A stretch of DNA of 64,000 nucleotides from the human T2T-CHM13v2.0 reference genome, Homo sapiens. The first letter of the stretch is position 1; every line of letters begins with the position of its first letter. The stretch is taken from assembly GCF_009914755.1 (NCBI RefSeq), contig NC_060927.1; one strand, 5' to 3'. Under the pieces are notes generated by a model, which did not search any database, was not told the origin of the DNA, and was given only the letters and a program-made list of their open reading frames with translations. Positions 11,701 to 23,700 of this stretch are shown one piece after another. Both the position numbers and the translations under genes were made by a program.

Positions 11701-14700
11701 AGAAACGTTAAACTCTGTGATTTGAACGCAAACATCACAAAGTAGTTTCTGAGAATGACTCCGTCTAGTTTTTATACGAAGATATTTCCTTTCCTACCAT
11801 TCACTTCAAAGCGCTTGAAGTCTCCCCCTGAAAATTCCACAAAAAGTGTTTCCAATCTGCTCCGCCTAAAGGAAGCTTCAACTCTGTGACTTGAATACCC
11901 ACAACCCAAAGAAGTTACTGAGAATTCTTCTGTCTAGCATTATATGAAGAAATCCCGTTTCCAACGAAGGCCTCAAATACATCCAAATATCCAGTTGCTG
12001 ACTTTACAAACTGAGTGTTTCCAAACTGCTCTATGAAAAGAAAGGTTAAACACTGTGAGTTGAACACACACGTACCAAAGTAGTTTCTGAGAATGATTCT
12101 GTCTAGTTTGCATACGAAGATATTTCCTTTTCTACCATTGGCCTCAAAGCTCTGAAATCTCCACTTGCAAATTCCACAAAAAGAGAGTTTCAAATCTGCT
12201 GTTTCTAAAGGAAAGTTCAACTCTGAGAGTTGAATACACACCAGAAAAAGCAGTTACTGAGAAGTCTTCTGTCTAGCATTATATGAAGAAATCCCATTTC
12301 CAACGAAGACTTCAAAGAGGTCCAAATATCCACTTGCAGATTCTGCAAAAAGAGTGTTTCGAAACAACTGTATGAAAAGAAAGGTTAAACACTGTGAGTT
12401 GAACGCACACATTGCAAAGCAGTTTCTGAGAATGATTCCGTCTAATTATTATACGAAGGTATTTCCTTTTCTATCATTGGCCTCAAAGCGCTTGATACCT
12501 CCACCTGAAAATTCCACAAAAAGAGTGTTTCCAATCTACTCTGTCTAAAGGAACGTTCAACTCTGTGAGTTGAATACACACACACAGAAAGAATTCACTG
12601 AGAATTCTTCTGTCTGGCATTACATGAAGAAATCCCGTTTCCAACGAAGGCCTCAAAGAGGTCCAAATATCCACTTGCAGATTCTGCAAAAAGAGTGTTT
12701 CAAAACCGCTCCATTAAAAGGAATGTTGAACTCTGTGAGTTGAATGCAAACATCACAACTCAGTTGCTGAGAATGCTTCTGACTAGATTTTATGGTAAGA
12801 TATTTCCTTTTCTACCGTAGGCTTCAATGCCCTCTAAATACACCCTTGCAAATTCTACAAAGAGACTGTTTCATAACTGCTCTATAGGAAGAAAGGTTCA
12901 ACTCTGTGAGTTGAATGCAGAGATCACAACGTGGTTTCTGCGAATGATTCTTTGTAGTTTTTACATGAAGATATTTCGTTGTCAACCGTAGGCTTCAAAG
13001 CACTCAAAGTATTCACTTGGAACTTTTACAAAAAGAGTGTTACAAAACTGCTCTTTCCAAAGTAAGGTTCAACTCTGTGAGTTGAATGCACACATAACAA
13101 TCAAGAAGTTTCTGAGAATTCTTCTGTCCTGGTTTATATGAAGAAATCCCGTTTCCAACGAAGGCCTCAAAGACGTTTAAATATCCACTTGCAGACTTCA
13201 CAAACAGAGGGTTTCCAAACTGCTCTATGAAAAAAAAGGTTAAACTCTGTCAGTTGAACGCACACATCACAAAGTAGCTTCTGAGAATGATACTGTCTAG
13301 TTTTTATACGAAGATATTTCCTTTCTACCATTGGCGTCAAAGCGCTAGAATTCTCCACTTGCAAATTCCACAAAAAGAGTGTTTCCAATCTGCTCTGTCT
13401 AAAGGAAGGTTCAACTCTGTGAGTTGAATACACACACACAAAGAAGCTACTGAGAATTCTTTTGTCAAGAATTACAAGAAGAAATCCCGTTTCCAACGAA
13501 GGCCTCAAAGAGTTCCAAATATCCACTTGCACACTGCACAAACTAAGTCTTTCCAAACTGCTCTATGCAAAGAAATGTTCAACTCTGTGAGTTTAATACA
13601 CACATCACAAAGCAGTTTCTGAGAATGATACTGTCTAGTTTTTATACGAAGATATTTCCTTTTGTACCATTGGCCTCATACTGCTAGAATTTTCCACTTG
13701 CAAATTCCACAAAAAGAGTGTTTCCAATCCGCTCTGTCTAAAGGAAGGTTCAACTCTCTGATTTGAATACATACATCCCAAAAGAAGTTCCTGAGAATTC
13801 TTCTGTCTAGCATTATGTGAAGAAATCCCGTTTCCAACGAAAGCCTCAAAGAGGTCCAAATATCCAGTTGCAGAATTTACAAACTGACTGTTTCCAAACT
13901 CATCTATGAAAAGAAAGGTTAAACTCTGGGAGTTGAATGCACATATCACAAAGTAGTTCCTGAGAATGATTCTGTCTAGTTTTCATACGAAGATATTTCC
14001 TTTTCCACCAATGGCCTCAAAGTGCTTGAAATCTCCCCTTGCAAATTCCACAGACAAGTGTCTCAAATCTGCACTGTCTAAAGGAAGGTTCAACCCTGTG
14101 AGTTGAATACACACACACAGAAAAAAATTCACTGAGAATTCTATTGTCTATCATTACACGAAGAAATCCCGTTTACTACGAAGGCCTCAAAGAGGTCCAA
14201 ATATCCAGCTGCAGACATTGCAAACTGAGTGTTTCCAAAGTGCTCTATGAAAAGAAGTGTTAAACACTGTGAGTTCAATGCACACATCCCAAAGCAGTTT
14301 CTGAGAATGATTCCGTCTATTTTTTCTACGAAGATATTTCCTTTTCTGCCGTTGGCCTCAAAGCGCTTGAAATCTCCACTTGCAAATTCCACAAAAAGAG
14401 AGTTTCAAATCTGCTCTGTCTAAAGGAAGGTTCAACTCTGTGAGTTGAATACACACCACAAAAAGAAGTTACTGAGAATTCTTCTGTCTAGCATTATATG
14501 AAAAATCCCGTTTCCAACGAAGGCCACAAAGAGGTCCAAATATCCACTTGCAGATTCTGCAAAAAGAGTGTTTCCAAACTGCTCTATGAAAAGAAACGTT
14601 AAACTCTGTGAGTTGAACGCAAACATCACAAAGTAGTTTCTGAGAATGACTCCGTCTAGTTTTTATACGAAGATATTTCCTTTCCTACCATTCACTTCAA

Positions 14701-17700
14701 AGCGCTTGAAGTCTCCCCCTGAAAATTCCACAAAAAGTGTTTCCAATCTGCTCCGCCTAAAGGAAGCTTCAACTCTGTGACTTGAATACCCACAACCCAA
14801 AGAAGTTACTGAGAATTCTTCTGTCTAGCATTATATGAAGAAATCCCGTTTCCAACGAAGGCCTCAAATACATCCAAATATCCAGTTGCTGACTTTACAA
14901 ACTGAGTGTTTCCAAACTGCTCTATGAAAAGAAAGGTTAAACACTGTGAGTTGAACACACACGTACCAAAGTAGTTTCTGAGAATGATTCTGTCTAGTTT
15001 GCATACGAAGATATTTCCTTTTCTACCATTGGCCTCAAAGCTCTGAAATCTCCACTTGCAAATTCCACAAAAAGAGAGTTTCAAATCTGCTGTTTCTAAA
15101 GGAAAGTTCAACTCTGAGAGTTGAATACACACCAGAAAAAGCAGTTACTGAGAAGTCTTCTGTCTAGCATTATATGAAGAAATCCCATTTCCAACGAAGA
15201 CTTCAAAGAGGTCCAAATATCCACTTGCAGATTCTGCAAAAAGAGTGTTTCGAAACAACTCTATGAAAAGAAAGGTTAAACACTGTGAGTTGAACGCACA
15301 CATTGCAAAGCAGTTTCTGAGAATGATTCCGTCTAATTATTATACGAAGGTATTTCCTTTTCTATCATTGGCCTCAAAGCGCTTGATACCTCCACCTGAA
15401 AATTCCACAAAAAGAGTGTTTCCAATCTACTCTGTCTAAAGGAACGTTCAACTCTGTGAGTTGAATACACACACACAGAAAGAATTCACTGAGAATTCTT
15501 CTGTCTGGCATTACATGAAGAAATCCCGTTTCCAACGAAGGCCTCAAAGAGGTCCAAATATCCACTTGCAGATTCTGCAAAAAGAGTGTTTCAAAACCGC
15601 TCCATTAAAAGGAATGTTGAACTCTGTGAGTTGAATGCAAACATCACAACTCAGTTGCTGAGAATGCTTCTGACTAGATTTTATGGTAAGATATTTCCTT
15701 TTCTACCGTAGGCTTCAATGCCCTCTAAATACACCCTTGCAAATTCTACAAAGAGACTGTTTCATAACTGCTCTATAGGAAGAAAGGTTCAACTCTGTGA
15801 GTTGAATGCAGAGATCACAACGTGGTTTCTGCGAATGATTCTTTGTAGTTTTTACATGAAGATATTTCGTTGTCAACCGTAGGCTTCAAAGCACTCAAAG
15901 TATTCACTTGGAACTTTTACAAAAAGAGTGTTAGAAAACTGCTCTTTCCAAAGTAAGGTTCAACTCTGTGAGTTGAATGCACACATAACAATCAAGAAGT
16001 TTCTGAGAATTCTTCTGTCCTGGTTTATATGAAGAAATCCCGTTTCCAACGAAGGCCTCAAAGACGTTTAAATATCCACTTGCAGACTTCACAAACAGAG
16101 GGTTTCCAAACTGCTCTATGAAAAAAAAGGTTAAACTCTGTGAGTTGAACGCACACATCACAAAGTAGCTTCTGAGAATGATACTGTCTAGTTTTTATAC
16201 GAAGATATTTCCTTTCTACCATTGGCGTCAAAGCGCTAGAATTCTCCACTTGCAAATTCCACAAAAAGAGTGTTTCCAATCTGCTCTGTCTAAAGGAAGG
16301 TTCAACTCTGTGAGTTGAATACACACACACAAAGAAGCTACTGAGAATTCTTTTGTCAAGAATTACAAGAAGAAATCCCGTTTCCAACGAAGGCCTCAAA
16401 GAGTTCCAAATATCCACTTGCACACTGCACAAACTAAGTCTTTCCAAACTGCTCTATGCAAAGAAATGTTCAACTCTGTGAGTTTAATACGCACATCACA
16501 AAGCAGTTTCTGAGAATGATACTGTCTAGTTTTTATACGAAGATATTTCCTTTTGTACCATTGGCCTCATACTGCTAGAATTTTCCACTTGCAAATTCCA
16601 CAAAAAGAGTGTTTCCAATCCGCTCTGTCTAAAGGAAGGTTCAACTCTCTGATTTGAATACATACATCCCAAAAGAAGTTCCTGAGAATTCTTCTGTCTA
16701 GCATTATGTGAAGAAATCCCGTTTCCAACGAAAGCCTCAAAGAGGTCCAAATATCCAGTTGCAGAATTTACAAACTGACTGTTTCCAAACTCATCTATGA
16801 AAAGAAAGGTTAAACTCTGGGAGTTGAATGCACATATCACAAAGTAGTTCCTGAGAATGATTCTGTCTAGTTTTCATACGAAGATATTTCCTTTTCCACC
16901 AATGGCCTCAAAGTGCTTGAAATCTCCCCTTGCAAATTCCACAGACAAGTGTTTCAAATCTGCACTGTCTAAAGGAAGGTTCAACCCTGTGAGTTGAATA
17001 CACACACACAGAAAAAAATTCACTGAGAATTCTATTGTCTATCATTACACGAAGAAATCCCGTTTACTACGAAGGCCTCAAAGAGGTCCAAATATCCAGC
17101 TGCAGACATTACAAACTGAGTGTTTCCAAAGTGCTCTATGAAAAGAAGTGTTAAACACTGTGAGTTCAATGCACACATCCCAAAGCAGTTTCTGAGAATG
17201 ATTCCGTCTATTTTTTCTACGAAGATATTTCCTTTTCTGCCGTTGGCCTCAAAGCGCTTGAAATCTCCACTTGCAAATTCCACAAAAAGAGAGTTTCAAA
17301 TCTGCTCTGTCTAAAGGAAGGTTCAACTCTGTGAGTTGAATACACACCACAAAAAGAAGTTACTGAGAATTCTTCTGTCTAGCATTATATGAAAAATCCC
17401 GTTTCCAACGAAGGCCACAAAGAGGTCCAAATATCCACTTGCAGATTCTGCAAAAAGAGTGTTTCCAAACTGCTCTATGAAAAGAAACGTTAAACTCTGT
17501 GAGTTGAACGCAAACATCACAAAGTAGTTTCTGAGAATGACTCCGTCTAGTTTTTATACGAAGATATTTCCTTTCCTACCATTCACTTCAAAGCGCTTGA
17601 AGTCTCCCCCTGAAAATTCCACAAAAAGTGTTTCCAATCTGCTCCGCCTAAAGGAAGCTTCAACTCTGTGACTTGAATACCCACAACCCAAAGAAGTTAC

Positions 17701-20700
17701 TGAGAATTCTTCTGTCTAGCATTATATGAAGAAATCCCGTTTCCAACGAAGGCCTCAAATACATCCAAATATCCAGTTGCTGACTTTACAAACTGAGTGT
17801 TTCCAAACTGCTCTATGAAAAGAAAGGTTAAACACTGTGAGTTGAACACACACGTACCAAAGTAGTTTCTGAGAATGATTCTGTCTAGTTTGCATACGAA
17901 GATATTTCCTTTTCTACCATTGGCCTCAAAGCTCTGAAATCTCCACTTGCAAATTCCACAAAAAGAGAGTTTCAAATCTGCTGTTTCTAAAGGAAAGTTC
18001 AACTCTGAGAGTTGAATACACACCAGAAAAAGCAGTTACTGAGAAGTCTTCTGTCTAGCATTATATGAAGAAATCCCATTTCCAACGAAGACTTCAAAGA
18101 GGTCCAAATATCCACTTGCAGATTCTGCAAAAAGAGTGTTTCGAAACAACTCTATGAAAAGAAAGGTTAAACACTGTGAGTTGAACGCACACATTGCAAA
18201 GCAGTTTCTGAGAATGATTCCGTCTAATTATTATACGAAGGTATTTCCTTTTCTATCATTGGCCTCAAAGCGCTTGATACCTCCACCTGAAAATTCCACA
18301 AAAAGAGTGTTTCCAATCTACTCTGTCTAAAGGAACGTTCAACTCTGTGAGTTGAATACACACACACAGAAAGAATTCACTGAGAATTCTTCTGTCTGGC
18401 ATTACATGAAGAAATCCCGTTTCCAACGAAGGCCTCAAAGAGGTCCAAATATCCACTTGCAGATTCTGCAAAAAGAGTGTTTCAAAACCGCTCCATTAAA
18501 AGGAATGTTGAACTCTGTGAGTTGAATGCAAACATCACAACTCAGTTGCTGAGAATGCTTCTGACTAGATTTTATGGTAAGATATTTCCTTTTCTACCGT
18601 AGGCTTCAATGCCCTCTAAATACACCCTTGCAAATTCTACAAAGAGACTGTTTCATAACTGCTCTATAGGAAGAAAGGTTCAACTCTGTGAGTTGAATGC
18701 AGAGATCACAACGTGGTTTCTGCGAATGATTCTTTGTAGTTTTTACATGAAGATATTTCGTTGTCAACCGTAGGCTTCAAAGCACTCAAAGTATTCACTT
18801 GGAACTTTTACAAAAAGAGTGTTAGAAAACTGCTCTTTCCAAAGTAAGGTTCAACTCTGTGAGTTGAATGCACACATAACAATCAAGAAGTTTCTGAGAA
18901 TTCTTCTGTCCTGGTTTATATGAAGAAATCCCGTTTCCAACGAAGGCCTCAAAGACGTTTAAATATCCACTTGCAGACTTCACAAACAGAGGGTTTCCAA
19001 ACTGCTCTATGAAAAAAAAGGTTAAACTCTGTCAGTTGAACGCACACATCACAAAGTAGCTTCTGAGAATGATACTGTCTAGTTTTTATACGAAGATATT
19101 TCCTTTCTACCATTGGCGTCAAAGCGCTAGAATTCTCCACTTGCAAATTCCACAAAAAGAGTGTTTCCAATCTGCTCTGTCTAAAGGAAGGTTCAACTCT
19201 GTGAGTTGAATACACACACACAAAGAAGCTACTGAGAATTCTTTTGTCAAGAATTACAAGAAGAAATCCCGTTTCCAACGAAGGCCTCAAAGAGTTCCAA
19301 ATATCCACTTGCACACTGCACAAACTAAGTCTTTCCAAACTGCTCTATGCAAAGAAATGTTCAACTCTGTGAGTTTAATACGCACATCACAAAGCAGTTT
19401 CTGAGAATGATACTGTCTAGTTTTTATACGAAGATATTTCCTTTTGTACCATTGGCCTCATACTGCTAGAATTTTCCACTTGCAAATTCCACAAAAAGAG
19501 TGTTTCCAATCCGCTCTGTCTAAAGGAAGGTTCAACTCTCTGATTTGAATACATACATCCCAAAAGAAGTTCCTGAGAATTCTTCTGTCTAGCATTATGT
19601 GAAGAAATCCCGTTTCCAACGAAAGCCTCAAAGAGGTCCAAATATCCAGTTGCAGAATTTACAAACTGACTGTTTCCAAACTCATCTATGAAAAGAAAGG
19701 TTAAACTCTGGGAGTTGAATGCACATATCACAAAGTAGTTCCTGAGAATGATTCTGTCTAGTTTTCATACGAAGATATTTCCTTTTCCACCAATGGCCTC
19801 AAAGTGCTTGAAATCTCCCCTTGCAAATTCCACAGACAAGTGTTTCAAATCTGCACTGTCTAAAGGAAGGTTCAACCCTGTGAGTTGAATACACACACAC
19901 AGAAAAAAATTCACTGAGAATTCTATTGTCTATCATTACACGAAGAAATCCCGTTTACTACGAAAGCCTCAAAGAGGTCCAAATATCCAGCTGCAGACAT
20001 TACAAACTGAGTGTTTCCAAATTGCTCTATGAAAAGAAGTGTTAAACACTGTGAGTTCAATGCACACATCCCAAAGCAGTTTCTGAGAATGATTCCGTCT
20101 ATTTTTTCTACGAAGATATTTCCTTTTCTGCCGTTGGCCTCAAAGCGCTTGAAATCTCCACTTGCAAATTCCACAAAAAGAGAGTTTCAAATCTGCTCTG
20201 TCTAAAGGAAGGTTCAACTCTGTGAGTTGAATACACACCACAAAAAGAAGTTACTGAGAATTCTTCTGTCTAGCATTATATGAAAAATCCCGTTTCCAAC
20301 GAAGGCCACAAAGAGGTCCAAATATCCACTTGCAGATTCTGCAAAAAGAGTGTTTCCAAACTGCTCTATGAAAAGAAGCGTTAAACTCTGTGAGTTGAAT
20401 GCAAACATCACAAAGTAGTTTCTGAGAATGACTCCGTCTAGTTTTTATACGAAGATATTTCCTTTCCTACCATTCACTTCAAAGCGCTTGAAGTCTCCCC
20501 CTGAAAATTCCACAAAAAGTGTTTCCAATCTGCTCCGCCTAAAGGAAGCTTCAACTCTGTGACTTGAATACCCACAACCCAAAGAAGTTACTGAGAATTC
20601 TTCTGTCTAGCATTATATGAAGAAATCCCGTTTCCAACGAAGGCCTCAAATACATCCAAATATCCAGTTGCTGACTTTACAAACTGAGTGTTTCCAAACT

Positions 20701-23700
20701 GCTCTATGAAAAGAAAGGTTAAACACTGTGAGTTGAACACACACGTACCAAAGTAGTTTCTGAGAATGATTCTGTCTAGTTTGCATACGAAGATATTTCC
20801 TTTTCTACCATTGGCCTCAAAGCTCTGAAATCTCCACTTGCAAATTCCACAAAAAGAGAGTTTCAAATCTGCTGTTTCTAAAGGAAAGTTCAACTCTGAG
20901 AGTTGAATACACACCAGAAAAAGCAGTTACTGAGAAGTCTTCTGTCTAGCATTATATGAAGAAATCCCATTTCCAACGAAGACTTCAAAGAGGTCCAAAT
21001 ATCCACTTGCAGATTCTGCAAAAAGAGTGTTTCGAAACAACTGTATGAAAAGAAAGGTTAAACACTGTGAGTTGAACGCACACATTGCAAAGCAGTTTCT
21101 GAGAATGATTCCGTCTAATTATTATACGAAGGTATTTCCTTTTCTATCATTGGCCTCAAAGCGCTTGATACCTCCACCTGAAAATTCCACAAAAAGAGTG
21201 TTTCCAATCTACTCTGTCTAAAGGAACGTTCAACTCTGTGAGTTGAATACACACACACAGAAAGAATTCACTGAGAATTCTTCTGTCTGGCATTACATGA
21301 AGAAATCCCGTTTCCAACGAAGGCCTCAAAGAGGTCCAAATATCCACTTGCAGATTCTGCAAAAAGAGTGTTTCAAAACCGCTCCATTAAAAGGAATGTT
21401 GAACTCTGTGAGTTGAATGCAAACATCACAACTCAGTTGCTGAGAATGCTTCTGACTAGATTTTATGGTAAGATATTTCCTTTTCTACCGTAGGCTTCAA
21501 TGCCCTCTAAATACACCCTTGCAAATTCTACAAAGAGACTGTTTCATAACTGCTCTATAGGAAGAAAGGTTCAACTCTGTGAGTTGAATGCAGAGATCAC
21601 AACGTGGTTTCTGCGAATGATTCTTTGTAGTTTTTACATGAAGATATTTCGTTGTCAACCGTAGGCTTCAAAGCACTCAAAGTATTCACTTGGAACTTTT
21701 ACAAAAAGAGTGTTAGAAAACTGCTCTTTCCAAAGTAAGGTTCAACTCTGTGAGTTGAATGCACACATAACAATCAAGAAGTTTCTGAGAATTCTTCTGT
21801 CCTGGTTTATATGAAGAAATCCCGTTTCCAACGAAGGCCTCAAAGACGTTTAAATATCCACTTGCAGACTTCACAAACAGAGGGTTTCCAAACTGCTCTA
21901 TGAAAAGAAAGGTTAAACTCTGTGAGTTGAACGCACACATCACAAAGTAGCTTCTGAGAATGATACTGTCTAGTTTTTATACGAAGATATTTCCTTTCTA
22001 CCATTGGCGTCAAAGCGCTAGAATTCTCCACTTGCAAATTCCACAAAAAGAGTGTTTCCAATCTGCTCTGTCTAAAGGAAGGTTCAACTCTGTGAGTTGA
22101 ATACACACACACAAAGAAGCTACTGAGAATTCTTTTGTCAAGAATTACAAGAAGAAATCCCGTTTCCAACGAAGGCCTCAAAGAGTTCCAAATATCCACT
22201 TGCACACTGCACAAACTAAGTCTTTCCAAACTGCTCTATGCAAAGAAATGTTCAACTCTGTGAGTTTAATACGCACATCACAAAGCAGTTTCTGAGAATG
22301 ATACTGTCTAGTTTTTATACGAAGATATTTCCTTTTGTACCATTGGCCTCATACTGCTAGAATTTTCCACTTGCAAATTCCACAAAAAGAGTGTTTCCAA
22401 TCCGCTCTGTCTAAAGGAAGGTTCAACTCTCTGATTTGAATACATACATCCCAAAAGAAGTTCCTGAGAATTCTTCTGTCTAGCATTATGTGAAGAAATC
22501 CCGTTTCCAACGAAAGCCTCAAAGAGGTCCAAATATCCAGTTGCAGAATTTACAAACTGACTGTTTCCAAACTCATCTATGAAAAGAAAGGTTAAACTCT
22601 GGGAGTTGAATGCACATATCACAAAGTAGTTCCTGAGAATGATTCTGTCTAGTTTTCATACGAAGATATTTCCTTTTCCACCAATGGCCTCAAAGTGCTT
22701 GAAATCTCCCCTTGCAAATTCCACAGACAAGTGTTTCAAATCTGCACTGTCTAAAGGAAGGTTCAACCCTGTGAGTTGAATACACACACACAGAAAAAAA
22801 TTCACTGAGAATTCTATTGTCTATCATTACACGAAGAAATCCCGTTTACTACGAAGGCCTCAAAGAGGTCCAAATATCCAGCTGCAGACATTACAAACTG
22901 AGTGTTTCCAAAGTGCTCTATGAAAAGAAGTGTTAAACACTGTGAGTTCAATGCACACATCCCAAAGCAGTTTCTGAGAATGATTCCGTCTATTTTTTCT
23001 ACGAAGATATTTCCTTTTCTGCCGTTGGCCTCAAAGCGCTTGAAATCTCCACTTGCAAATTCCACAAAAAGAGAGTTTCAAATCTGCTCTGTCTAAAGGA
23101 AGGTTCAACTCTGTGAGTTGAATACACACCACAAAAAGAAGTTACTGAGAATTCTTCTGTCTAGCATTATATGAAAAATCCCGTTTCCAACGAAGGCCAC
23201 AAAGAGGTCCAAATATCCACTTGCAGATTCTGCAAAAAGAGTGTTTCCAAACTGCTCTATGAAAAGAAACGTTAAACTCTGTGAGTTGAACGCAAACATC
23301 ACAAAGTAGTTTCTGAGAATGACTCCGTCTAGTTTTTATACGAAGATATTTCCTTTCCTACCATTCACTTCAAAGCGCTTGAAGTCTCCCCCTGAAAATT
23401 CCACAAAAAGTGTTTCCAATCTGCTCCGCCTAAAGGAAGCTTCAACTCTGTGACTTGAATACCCACAACCCAAAGAAGTTACTGAGAATTCTTCTGTCTA
23501 GCATTATATGAAGAAATCCCGTTTCCAACGAAGGCCTCAAATACATCCAAATATCCAGTTGCTGACTTTACAAACTGAGTGTTTCCAAACTGCTCTATGA
23601 AAAGAAAGGTTAAACACTGTGAGTTGAACACACACGTACCAAAGTAGTTTCTGAGAATGATTCTGTCTAGTTTGCATACGAAGATATTTCCTTTTCTACC

